Origin: a virus
Taxonomy: Duplodnaviria > Caudoviricetes
Strand: one strand, 5' to 3'
DNA length: 49,161 nt
IMG/VR virus record: IMGVR_UViG_3300032103_000318
Location: 1-49,161 of that record
Shown: positions 1 through 7,727 of the stretch, in pieces
Layout of the letters: every line of letters starts with the position of its first letter
Numbering within the stretch: the first letter of the stretch is position 1
The notes under the pieces: generated by a model
Seen by the model: only the letters and a program-made list of their open reading frames with translations
Told to the model about the DNA's origin: nothing
Database searches by the model: none
Translations under genes and position numbers: made by a program

Positions 1-75
1 GGAGTATATCAGGGGGAGTCGGGAGTATATCAGGGGGAGTCGGGAGTATATCAGGGGGAGTCGGGAGTATATCAG
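1..75 (+). repeat. 21-bp tandem repeat GGAGTATATCAGGGGGAGTCG (3 full units plus a partial), continuing the array at the right end
   Basis: Three exact units at 1-63 and a partial at 64-75; degenerate units at about 49064-49161. Confidence 0.95.
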
Positions 76-93
76 GAGGGTTCTGAGAAATGA
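1..93 (+). CDS. C-terminal part of the junction-spanning ORF that starts at 48822: (GVYQGES)n-GVYQEGSEK-stop
   Basis: Frame 1 is open from base 1 to TGA at 91-93, which overlaps the endolysin ATG (ATGA). It encodes the same heptapeptide as the open frame at the right end. Confidence 0.65.
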   Translation, partial: GVYQGESGVYQGESGVYQGESGVYQEGSEK

Positions 94-800
94 CTAGATT
101 GATGCTGAGGTTTAGTCGGGATTGCCCGATAACGTCTGGGCCTGAGACTAAGCAGGTTTTAGAGGGCTACTCGGTTTTTGTAGATGCCTATGTCCAAGTC
201 GGGGACAAAGTTAGGTTTACGTTGGCTCTGGGGGCTTACCCGGAGTATTGGATTTGGACGTTTCATAGCTCTGGGCGGAATACCTGGGAAGCTCCAGCGA
301 GTGCTGTGGTAGATCCCTCAGGGGTTGGGAATGGAGAGCCTAAGGATCAGGGGGGTCAGGGAGGTTCAGGGCTAATTATTCGGTTGCCGGGGTTTAGTGG
401 GACGTACCGGGCTAATCAGGCTATTTTGCCAGGGGGTAGCTTTACGTGGGGAGAAGCCCTGCATGCCTCAAAAACCAGCTACAGGGTGCCAGATAGCCCT
501 AAGGTAGTACACAACATTATTAGGGTGGCCGGGGTGATGCAAGAGGTTAGAGATAGGTTTAGGGTGCCGATTAGGGTGAATTCGTGGTATCGAGATCCCG
601 TCACTAATCGTCGGGTTGGGGGAGCGTCTCAGTCTAGGCATCTGGTGGGGGATGCAGTGGATTTTGTAGTCAGCGGGGTTAGCCCAGGTAAGGTGTATCG
701 GGAATTAGATGATTGGTGGGGGAATCAGGGAGGGTTGGCTAGCTCCAGCACGTTTACCCATATTGATGGACGGGGTTACAAGGCTAGGTGGGCCTACTAG
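90..800 (+). CDS. Endolysin, peptidase M15A-like Zn peptidase with N-terminal accessory domain
   Basis: C-terminal motifs NSWYR..N..VGGA..S.H..G.A.D and FTHIDGRG typical of Peptidase_M15_3. Confidence 0.85.
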   Translation: MTRLMLRFSRDCPITSGPETKQVLEGYSVFVDAYVQVGDKVRFTLALGAYPEYWIWTFHSSGRNTWEAPASAVVDPSGVGNGEPKDQGGQGGSGLIIRLPGFSGTYRANQAILPGGSFTWGEALHASKTSYRVPDSPKVVHNIIRVAGVMQEVRDRFRVPIRVNSWYRDPVTNRRVGGASQSRHLVGDAVDFVVSGVSPGKVYRELDDWWGNQGGLASSSTFTHIDGRGYKARWAY

Positions 801-843
801 ATGAGAAAACCTTAGGATGGTTTGGTGTTTCCGAGACTAGATG

Positions 844-886
844 AGAGAAAACCCCGGCTTCTTTATGGGATGACCGGGGTTTCTCT
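844..886. terminator. Probable bidirectional intrinsic terminator between convergent genes
   Basis: AAACCCCGG (849-857) pairs with CCGGGGTTT (874-882). Confidence 0.6.
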
Positions 887-940
887 TTAGCTCGGAGGGT
901 ATCTCAGGGAGCTTTGGAGGGCTCGGAGGTATCTCAGAGG

Positions 941-1126
941 TTAGGCTCTTAACCACCCCGCGTACTTGGAATAGTGAAGCCGGGTAGTTTTGCCCTCCCT
1001 GGTTGTGCATACAGCAATAGTCAGGGTGGTTTCCGACCCTTTGTACTGCTCGTTCATATAAACCAAGAGTTGCCCGATGTAGACAGGCAGGGTCAGATAT
1101 TGAGCGCCGGGTTCTAAATAGGTCAT
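941..1126 (-). CDS. Hypothetical protein (61 aa)
   Basis: ATG start with GAGG upstream and an extended -10 TGCTATAAT on the minus strand near 1153-1161. Confidence 0.5.
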   Translation of the reverse strand: MTYLEPGAQYLTLPVYIGQLLVYMNEQYKGSETTLTIAVCTTREGKTTRLHYSKYAGWLRA

Positions 1127-1153
1127 GGAGGAGTCCTCTATATACTAAAAAGA

Positions 1154-1759
1154 TTATAGCAGGATTTCAGATAGGCTGTCTATGGCTTCTTGGAGTTGGT
1201 ATTCTAGGGCGGGTTCCTGAGAATCTACGTAGAGGGCGAGAAACCAGTTACCGGGGCTAGGACAGGAGAGGTAGAAGTGAGAGCCGGTTATGGTCTTTTC
1301 CAGGTCGAAGTAGTTGGCCTGGTTGGTTTTCTCTAGGGCAAAACAGGCATCTAGGCGCAGGGAGTCGTACAGAGGTTTGTACTCTGTGCTGGGGAGGTAG
1401 ATGGTCTGGAAGCCGAGAGGTAGGGGCGGGTCGTAAGGGCGGTGATGCTCGAATAGGATTACGCGGTGATTGCCCTGATAGACCCCAAAGATGGCTCGGT
1501 TTGCTCCATCATTGACCAGGGATTGGAGGGTAGAGCGGATGGCCTCTACTTGCTCACGGGAGTAGCTGTGGGTTACCTGGCGATTCCCAAAGTTCAATAG
1601 GAAGGTGATGAGTTCTTCTTCATTGCGATAGGCGACCCACAGAGGATAGCCCGTAAACCCAACGAAAAGACCCATTAACGACAAAATAATCAAGGATCGA
1701 AGGTTATCCTTGATTAGGGGAAGTTTATCTAGGAGTGAGAGGAAAAAATTTAGGCCCAT
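1154..1759 (-). CDS. Membrane protein with one TM helix and a C-terminal GAF-like domain; possible T4 T-type holin
   Basis: TM segment LIILSLMGLFVGFTGYPLWVAY, C-terminal FYLSCP, preceded by the late motif, near the endolysin. The holin call is inference. Confidence 0.4.
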   Translation of the reverse strand: MGLNFFLSLLDKLPLIKDNLRSLIILSLMGLFVGFTGYPLWVAYRNEEELITFLLNFGNRQVTHSYSREQVEAIRSTLQSLVNDGANRAIFGVYQGNHRVILFEHHRPYDPPLPLGFQTIYLPSTEYKPLYDSLRLDACFALEKTNQANYFDLEKTITGSHFYLSCPSPGNWFLALYVDSQEPALEYQLQEAIDSLSEILL

Positions 1760-1778
1760 ACCTTTGTGCCAGGAAATT

Positions 1779-1788
1779 GGCTAGGTAT
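1779..1788 (-). promoter_or_regulatory. Putative late promoter motif ATACCTAGCC
   Basis: Starts 29 nt upstream of the ATG at 1759, the same spacing as the copies at 23587 and 42828. Confidence 0.7.
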
Positions 1789-1837
1789 AAGCCTAAATTT
1801 GTGATTCTGGTCTGGATTAGGAGTGATCCATGTCACT

Positions 1838-1873
1838 CTACTTTGGTTCTACTTTGGTTCTACTTTGGTTCTA
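1838..1873. repeat. 11-bp tandem repeat CTACTTTGGTT x3
   Basis: Exact units at 1838, 1849 and 1860. Confidence 0.9.
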
Positions 1874-1876
1874 CAC

Positions 1877-2074
1877 CTATTCTGTGTAGGTGTAATCAAA
1901 TGTGCATTCAGGGAAGTGAAGCTCCGTGTAAGCTCGTATAGCTTTTAGGTCGCTGAATACTTTACTTACCACAGTGAAGTGACAGAACACGTCGATCCCT
2001 GTTAGATCATTTCCCTCCTCTACGAGAAGAGGGGTAGCTATGCTTTCTTCCCGGTTTATGGTCAGTAGGTACAT
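1877..2074 (-). CDS. Hypothetical protein (65 aa)
   Basis: ATG ORF in the small minus-strand gene cluster. Confidence 0.5.
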   Translation of the reverse strand: MYLLTINREESIATPLLVEEGNDLTGIDVFCHFTVVSKVFSDLKAIRAYTELHFPECTFDYTYTE

Positions 2075-2134
2075 GTTACTTGTGGATAGTGGGACAGGTG
2101 GGCTTTTCCCGGAAGGGTTCCGGGATTAGTTGGG

Positions 2135-2494
2135 TTAGAGACTGAACTCTAGTTTCCAATGGCGATTATCTATCTCCCTCTTAACCGCTACCCTTGATGA
2201 CTCAAGGGCTTGCTTTAGGAAAGGCTGGAAGTCACCCTCCGTGATGTCGGAGAAGTCAACCAGCAATAGGCTAGTCTGTCTACCTAGCCATATGCACACC
2301 CGATTAGTATAAACCTGGCGGGATACGGTCAACCCCGCCTTTTCGGGGAATTCTGCATTAAGGGCGAACTCTAGAAAATCCCCAGCACAGTATGCCAGGG
2401 TTTTGTCTTTAAGCTCAAGGGTTTTTTCTTCCCCTACGGCTATCATGTTGTAGCCTGAGGTGGTCATGGACTTTGAAACTGAGATTGCGTACAT
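2135..2494 (-). CDS. Hypothetical protein (119 aa)
   Basis: ATG with strong RBS AAGGAG upstream on the minus strand. Confidence 0.7.
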   Translation of the reverse strand: MYAISVSKSMTTSGYNMIAVGEEKTLELKDKTLAYCAGDFLEFALNAEFPEKAGLTVSRQVYTNRVCIWLGRQTSLLLVDFSDITEGDFQPFLKQALESSRVAVKREIDNRHWKLEFSL

Positions 2495-2884
2495 CGGTCT
2501 TCTCCTTAGTGTGGTCAGTGGTTGAATCTGGACTTACTTTCCTTTGAGGTTGGCCTAATCTTAAGCCTCACTGACCCGCTTGCTACGCTTCGAACGCTTG
2601 TCACCGCTACAGTTTGTTTAAGCTGTAAACCATAGTTTCAACGCTATGGCCGGGTTATCCTCTGTATTTCGACCTTATCGTGTTTCCGTTTGGGCTGAAA
2701 CCTAGTTACGGTGAAGGGTTTATGTCTTGCCCTGCTCACCTAAATCCGAACTCTTAACGACAAGGTGTACTCCAGAATGCCAGATTATATTTTTTTTTTT
2801 CTCTTTACTGCCTCTCGTTGTCTACCAGGGCTACCGCGGGATTTTCACCGGCTTCGGAGGGTTTTCTCTCCCTCCGATAAATCT

Positions 2885-2912
2885 AATATAGCACGATTTT
2901 TGTTAGTTGCAA
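2885..2912 (-). promoter_or_regulatory. Sigma70-type promoter, leftward
   Basis: Minus strand TTGCAA-N16-TATATT with extended -10 TG. Confidence 0.55.
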
Positions 2913-2931
2913 CCCTCTTTACAAAACTTTA

Positions 2932-3032
2932 GGGAGAGGAGAGGGCGATCGGTGGGAGAGGGGAGGAGGATCGGTGGGAGAGGGGAGGAGGATCGGTGGG
3001 AGAGGAGAGGGCGATCGGTGGGAGAGGGGAGG
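2932..3032 (+). repeat. 22-bp G-rich tandem repeat (4 units plus a partial) between divergent promoters
   Basis: GGGAGAGGAGAGGGCGATCGGT / GGGAGAGGGGAGGAGGATCGGT units at 2932, 2954, 2976 and 2998. Confidence 0.9.
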
Positions 3033-3071
3033 TGTGCTAAAATATTAGTGCCTAATATAGGAGGGGGTAAA

Positions 3072-3845
3072 ATGATAGATGATGGATTTGAGATCCAGGT
3101 ATTAAGCTCTACAGCTAATCCTCAATTGGTGAGTTACTTGGCGATGCACCAGGATTATTCCGAGGGCTTTGTGGGGGATTTGGTGGGGGATGGGCAGGAA
3201 GAAGGCTTTGTGAGGGATCCTTTCCGAGATGGTTTTTTGGGAGAAAGGGTCGCCGGGGAAAGATTGGTTCGGTTGTGCCTGAGTCGGGGACACTGGGGGG
3301 TTATTGAACATCCTCAGATGGTGGTAGCGGTGAAAGGATTCCCCCACAGCACGATGCAGCAGTTACGGACACACCGGCATCTGAGTTTTGATGTGCAGAG
3401 TGGGCGCTATACGGGTAAACGGTTGGTGGATTTTGTGAAGGGTGCTGACGATCATATGGGGGTTGAGGATTTGTTTTGGGTTCGCAAGCCAGGGGTGTAC
3501 GTTGACCGGATGGGTAATCGGTTGGTTTGGAATGCCCTAGATCGGGAGAGGGAGTATCAGCGGCTAATCACGGTGTGTCAGCAATATGCAGAGGCGGTAG
3601 ATGAGGGGATGCCCTATGAGATGGCGCGGGATCTGTATATCCCGTACTGTGTCCGGCAGAATTTTGTGATGTCGGGGAACCTCCGGGCTATTCTGCATCT
3701 TATGGAGCTTAGGGGCACGGCTGATGCAGAACTGGAGTGCCAGGAATTTACACGTCTGATGAAAGAAGTGGTGAGGGATTGGGTTCCAGAGGTGTTTGAA
3801 TGGTGGGAAAAGGTCAGGGATGGTAAGAATAGGAGGTCACCGTAA
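3072..3845 (+). CDS. thyX: Flavin-dependent thymidylate synthase
   Basis: GHWGVIEH and QQLRTHRHLSFDVQSGRY (ThyX motif, cyanobacterial type). Start moved to ATG 3072 after RBS GGAGG and extended -10 TGCTAAAAT. Confidence 0.93.
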   Translation: MIDDGFEIQVLSSTANPQLVSYLAMHQDYSEGFVGDLVGDGQEEGFVRDPFRDGFLGERVAGERLVRLCLSRGHWGVIEHPQMVVAVKGFPHSTMQQLRTHRHLSFDVQSGRYTGKRLVDFVKGADDHMGVEDLFWVRKPGVYVDRMGNRLVWNALDREREYQRLITVCQQYAEAVDEGMPYEMARDLYIPYCVRQNFVMSGNLRAILHLMELRGTADAELECQEFTRLMKEVVRDWVPEVFEWWEKVRDGKNRRSP

Positions 3846-3885
3846 GATGGCTAGGTTAGGGGTGATGGTTGGGTTGGTGTTTTTG
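3843..3885 (+). repeat. 43-bp direct repeat, copy 1
   Basis: TAAGATGGCTAGGTTAGGGGTGATGGTTGGGTTGGTGTTTTTG, identical to 5746-5788. Confidence 0.95.
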
Positions 3886-4179
3886 GGGATTGCCCTGGGG
3901 ATTCCTGAGAAGGCATTGGGCGAGGCTAGCAGATCTTGTGATTTGGCTATTGAGCGAGAATTACAGGTGGTACCGCGGCATTCTAGGCGGTTTACTGAGC
4001 GGGTTCTAACCACGGTGATAGAGGAGGAGATGAGGGAGGGAGCAGCTAGGGTGTATATTAGGCAGCAGATTAGGAATAGAGCCACTACATTCAGGGTGAG
4101 GCTGTCTGAGGATAACGTGGAGGGGATGGTCGATCGGGCGATCGGAGCAGTTAGGCGTTTAAGGAGAGGAGCATGTTAG
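3847..4179 (+). CDS. Exported or membrane-anchored hypothetical protein
   Basis: ATG 3847 just after the thyX stop; signal-peptide-like MARLGVMVGLVFLGIALG. Confidence 0.7.
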   Translation: MARLGVMVGLVFLGIALGIPEKALGEASRSCDLAIERELQVVPRHSRRFTERVLTTVIEEEMREGAARVYIRQQIRNRATTFRVRLSEDNVEGMVDRAIGAVRRLRRGAC

Positions 4180-5345
4180 TTGAGTGTTTGCCGGTTCTTT
4201 ATGCAAGTCTGGCTCTGAGTCACTTTACGGTTCAGTTAGCGCTGGCCATATGGGGGAGGTCGAAGGGCTTGGTTAATGGGTTTAGCGGGGATGAGCGAGT
4301 GCTGGTGATTGTGCCAGGGTATCGAGAACGGGAAGACTCTATAGAAAAGACAGTGGAAAGCTGCGTAAGGGCATGTGAGGGCTTCAAAAGAGCCACGGTA
4401 GTTTATGTGGAAGATGATAGGGCTAGGGATTTGGGGGAAGTGTGCTCTCGGTGGGGTGACCGGGTGGAATTTTTGGCAGTGGGACGGAATGTGGGGAAGC
4501 GGAGGGCTCAGGCTTTTGCTTATCGGTGGTATAGGGAGAGGTACGGGGTGCCTGATTTCGTGATCACGGTGGACAGCGATACCTTGGTGGAACGGAGGGC
4601 TTTTGAGGGCTTGGTGTTTAAGGATCCGGGGATAGGGGCAGTGACGGGGAATATAACAGTGAGGCCAAAGGATAATTTTTTGAGGCGATTAATTAGTCTC
4701 AGGTACTTTCTGGCTTTTAATCTAGAGAGGCAGAGTCAATCGGTGGGGGGTCAGGTTTTGTGCTGTTCCGGGCCTCTATCGTGCTACCGGGGGGAATTGT
4801 GGAACAAGGTGTTAGAGGACTATGAAACCCAAATGTTTAGGGGGAGGGAGTGTACGTTTGGGGACGATCGACATCTGACTAATTTAGTGATTAGGGAAGG
4901 GTATAAAACGATGTATAACCATAGGGCACTGGCCTATACGTCTGCCCCTGCTGATTTGGGGACGTATATTCGTCAGCAATACCGATGGACTAAGAGTTTC
5001 TTTAGAGAGGCGCTAGTGATGGTGGGGTATGGCAGAAAGCTAAATGGGTATACTTGGTGGGAGATCAGTGTTGCCCTAATAATGCCTTTGTTGCTAGTGG
5101 TAAATATTGGGGTTATGGCGGTGATAGTAGCCCCTGAGACTCCGTTTGTGCTGGTCAGGTATGCAGGGATAGTGATTGGGATGGCTTGGCTACGGTCTAT
5201 TTTTGGGGTGGTGGTGGATGGGTTTAATCGGAAGGCGGATTATTTTTATTTTCCAGCTTTTGCAGCGCTGTCTCTGGTGTTGCTGCTACCTCTGAAGATC
5301 AAGGCTTTGTTTAATTTGACGGATACTAGGTGGGGGACACGATGA
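4173..5345 (+). CDS. Processive GT2 glycosyltransferase of the class I hyaluronan synthase / NodC family
   Basis: VIVPGYRE, NVGKR, TVDSDT, CCSGPLSCYR, GDDRHLTN, QQYRW, C-terminal TM helices and terminal WGTR. Confidence 0.88.
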   Translation: MLVECLPVLYASLALSHFTVQLALAIWGRSKGLVNGFSGDERVLVIVPGYREREDSIEKTVESCVRACEGFKRATVVYVEDDRARDLGEVCSRWGDRVEFLAVGRNVGKRRAQAFAYRWYRERYGVPDFVITVDSDTLVERRAFEGLVFKDPGIGAVTGNITVRPKDNFLRRLISLRYFLAFNLERQSQSVGGQVLCCSGPLSCYRGELWNKVLEDYETQMFRGRECTFGDDRHLTNLVIREGYKTMYNHRALAYTSAPADLGTYIRQQYRWTKSFFREALVMVGYGRKLNGYTWWEISVALIMPLLLVVNIGVMAVIVAPETPFVLVRYAGIVIGMAWLRSIFGVVVDGFNRKADYFYFPAFAALSLVLLLPLKIKALFNLTDTRWGTR

Positions 5346-5725
5346 TGTTGGATTGTTATGTGGAGGTTGAGCGGTGCATAGAGGTAGAGGTGGTTGATCG
5401 GGCGGATTGGTTACGGGTTACGGAAGGGTTTCAGGGTAGGCAACGGGTTGAGGCAGGGTTTGAGTGGGCGGGGGGAGTGTCTGGGCTGATGGTGGATGTA
5501 GCCGAGGGAGACGTTAGACCTGTTCTTGGCTATCGATTTAGTACGGAGGTTGTGGAAGGGTTGAGTGTTCAGGGTTTGGTAGGTGTGGGGTATCAGTTTG
5601 GCCACGATAGTCGAATGGTGGTACCCGTTAATGTAGGGTTGAGCTATCGGCAGGACGGGTTTAGTTGTGGGGCACGGGTGGGGCTACGGTCGGCTGGAGT
5701 AAGTTGTAGAGCGTTACTACCCTAA
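5342..5725 (+). CDS. Hypothetical beta-strand-rich protein, possibly outer-membrane beta-barrel-like
   Basis: ATGA overlap with the GT2 stop; alternating strands VLGYRF, VGVGYQF, VGLSYR; no obvious signal peptide. Confidence 0.5.
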   Translation: MMLDCYVEVERCIEVEVVDRADWLRVTEGFQGRQRVEAGFEWAGGVSGLMVDVAEGDVRPVLGYRFSTEVVEGLSVQGLVGVGYQFGHDSRMVVPVNVGLSYRQDGFSCGARVGLRSAGVSCRALLP

Positions 5726-5745
5726 GTTAGGGGTGATAGAGAGGT

Positions 5746-5788
5746 TAAGATGGCTAGGTTAGGGGTGATGGTTGGGTTGGTGTTTTTG
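5746..5788 (+). repeat. 43-bp direct repeat, copy 2
   Basis: Identical to 3843-3885. Confidence 0.95.
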
Positions 5789-5914
5789 TTAGAGTGGTAT
5801 GATGGCACGGGTTATAGGACTCTGTATTTTGATCAGAGGGTCGATTGTGAAACCCGTGCCCTGATGCTAAGACGATCGTTGGTCTATATAAGGAAATGGT
5901 GCGAAGATGTCTAG
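5750..5914 (+). CDS. Small exported F-x5-C-x17-C protein, paralog 1 (54 aa, absent from the ORF track)
   Basis: MARLGVMVGLVFLLEWYDGTGYRTLYFDQRVDCETRALMLRRSLVYIRKWCEDV; RBS GAGG; similar to the 5907 ORF. Confidence 0.75.
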   Translation: MARLGVMVGLVFLLEWYDGTGYRTLYFDQRVDCETRALMLRRSLVYIRKWCEDV

Positions 5915-6125
5915 ATTGTTGATTGGGTTATTGGTTGGGTTGGGCTTGAGTTTGGTGGGGACGGGCGCTGGTTGGGCTAGGTCGGTGTGGATTTTGGAAT
6001 GGCACTTCGATGGAGTACGTTCAGAGGTGTTTTACAACTATGACCAGTGCAATCGGAAGGCCCATGAGCTAGAGGGCAAGGGTATCTATGTGAGTCGGTG
6101 GTGTATCCTGGAATGGCGGCCTTAA
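5907..6125 (+). CDS. Small exported F-x5-C-x17-C protein, paralog 2
   Basis: Signal peptide followed by LEWHFDG..FYNYDQC-x17-C. Confidence 0.8.
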   Translation: MSRLLIGLLVGLGLSLVGTGAGWARSVWILEWHFDGVRSEVFYNYDQCNRKAHELEGKGIYVSRWCILEWRP

Positions 6126-6229
6126 GGAGAGGGGTGGTGAGGGGGTGATCGGAGGGTGGGAAAGGGCTGGGAAAGGGCTGGAAGATCTGTAAGTGATTGA
6201 TAACGTTCTGTACTTAGGAGATTAGGATC

Positions 6230-6622
6230 ATGGCTTATTCGTTGTTTGAAAGACCCAAAGAAGAGGATGTAGAGGATCTGACCCTGATAGAGGGTCGGGA
6301 AGATGAGTGGGGCTGGGATGATGATGAGGATGAAGATAGTGGCCCACCCACCCTGCCGGAGTTTCCTGAGGAGGAGATGTCTACACGAGGGTTTCTTAGG
6401 GGGTTGGCTTCTCTGGGGATGGTGCTGGTGTGGTTAGGTCTGGCGGGGGCTAGTGGGGCTAGTGAGTCGGGCTGGAAGATGCGATATACTCATACCCCCG
6501 GTAACCAAGATGGCGTAACGGCCATCTTCCCTAACGAGGATCAGTGCCAGCAATTTTCCAATCAGGTTAGAGCAACTGGGGGAACAATCCTGCAAAAATG
6601 CCATCAGATTTGGTTTATCTAG
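6230..6622 (+). CDS. F-x5-C-x17-C protein, paralog 3, with acidic N-terminal extension (possible internal start at 6377)
   Basis: Acidic first 49 aa, a hydrophobic segment, then FPNEDQC-x17-C. Confidence 0.75.
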   Translation: MAYSLFERPKEEDVEDLTLIEGREDEWGWDDDEDEDSGPPTLPEFPEEEMSTRGFLRGLASLGMVLVWLGLAGASGASESGWKMRYTHTPGNQDGVTAIFPNEDQCQQFSNQVRATGGTILQKCHQIWFI

Positions 6623-6625
6623 CTT

Positions 6626-6660
6626 AAGGAGGGATCATCTAGTTGGGTGACCCTCCTTTT
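6626..6660 (+). terminator. Intrinsic terminator
   Basis: AAGGAGGG pairs with CCCTCCTT, followed by a T tract, right after the 6622 stop. Confidence 0.65.
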
Positions 6661-6840
6661 GTTTAGTGGGGTTAGGGGTTTGTTTAGGGGGGTCAGTAAG
6701 AATCCCCTAGATCGGGAAATTGGCAAGTTGGAGTGGACTATGGAGTTCACAGTTAGCGCGTAGTTAGTCAGTCTAGGGGGGCTCTAAATCTGCCCCTAGC
6801 CTATTTTGGAAAATCGCAGAATTATGGAGGTGTGAATAAG

Positions 6841-6987
6841 ATGACTGGACTAAATCGGACTGAGGCTAAGATCGTTGCCATTAAGGTAGCGATGGAACAG
6901 ATTAATGACCCGGATAAACGGGTAGAGGCTAAGGAAGTGATCGAGGCGGCTAAAGAAGCCGTAGAGTCAGTGGAGCGAAACAGCTAA
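6841..6987 (+). CDS. Small helical hypothetical protein (48 aa)
   Basis: RBS GGAGG; MTGLNRTEAKIVAIKVAMEQ...; TAATG overlap with the next ORF. Confidence 0.6.
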   Translation: MTGLNRTEAKIVAIKVAMEQINDPDKRVEAKEVIEAAKEAVESVERNS

Positions 6988-7724
6988 TGGAATACGTTTT
7001 GGTGGTACTGAATACAGAAGACCTAGACGAGACAAGGCTGAGCGACTGCACGATAAGAGCTAGGAGGAGAGCGCTCTATGGCTTTATCTGGCCCGCTTGT
7101 AAACAGCACTATATCGAGGTATAGGGGGAGAGGGTTTCTGGGGGGGCAGAGGATAATACCCTCCAGCAGCAAGATTTTCCCGTGATCGAGCGAGCTTATT
7201 GCAATCCTCCTGGTGGAAAGCTCAAGAATCGCTCTCTACAATCCCTGTTTTGGCAGTGGTGTCTAGATAATTATGAGGTGGGCAACATTAGTAGCCTAGT
7301 GTTCTTGTGCTTTAATTTGAACGCGGGCCCGGCATTGAACCCCCACATGCTCAGGTTTCCCAGAGTATACACAACGAAAGCAGCAACTTCCCCGGATGTC
7401 TCTACGTCAGGTCGCTTGAAGTATGTTTCACTCAGGGGGAAGTTGATTGAGGGTCTGGAGCGAGATCTGGGGTTAGAGGGTATGGCTAGGGATAAAAAGA
7501 TAGTTAGCCTACTTAAGCTGCCTGTCCACAAATCACTGGGGGATGATGTTTTGGTTCAGGAGTCTAACCCAACTCATCCAGGCATGTTTATCCTTCTACC
7601 AAATTTTTTGAATTATTGGGGTGAGACTGATCTGTTTCGGATTTACTTCGAGCAATTTGGCACGTATGCCCCCCAGGTCACGATCACTGGGGTTAAGGGC
7701 TGGGTTCCTTTAAGTGAGGGCTAG
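6987..7724 (+). pseudogene. Phage Dam-like N6-adenine DNA methyltransferase, N-terminally truncated or interrupted by an in-frame TAG at 7122-7124
   Basis: AYCNPPGG resembles catalytic motif IV. The 6987 ORF is in the same frame as the 7182 ORF with one TAG between them; no intact DPA-type motif I. Confidence 0.45.
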
Positions 7725-7727
7725 GAG

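Noticed and set aside
1-75. Terminal repeats as a CRISPR array or telomere-like ends
   Set aside because: Units abut with no spacers, and they read as an in-frame heptapeptide ending in a stop coupled to the next gene.
2690-2765. Transposon end or OMEGA-type RNA
   Set aside because: Only a vague resemblance; no transposase, TnpB or IscB in the window and no partner end.
2907-3071. N-terminal extension of ThyX in the ORF track
   Set aside because: It is translation of the G-rich repeat and promoter; the RBS points to ATG 3072.
7122-7124. Genome-wide TAG recoding
   Set aside because: Many clear genes end at TAG with the next gene starting immediately (24887, 45390, 48820), and no suppressor tRNA was seen.
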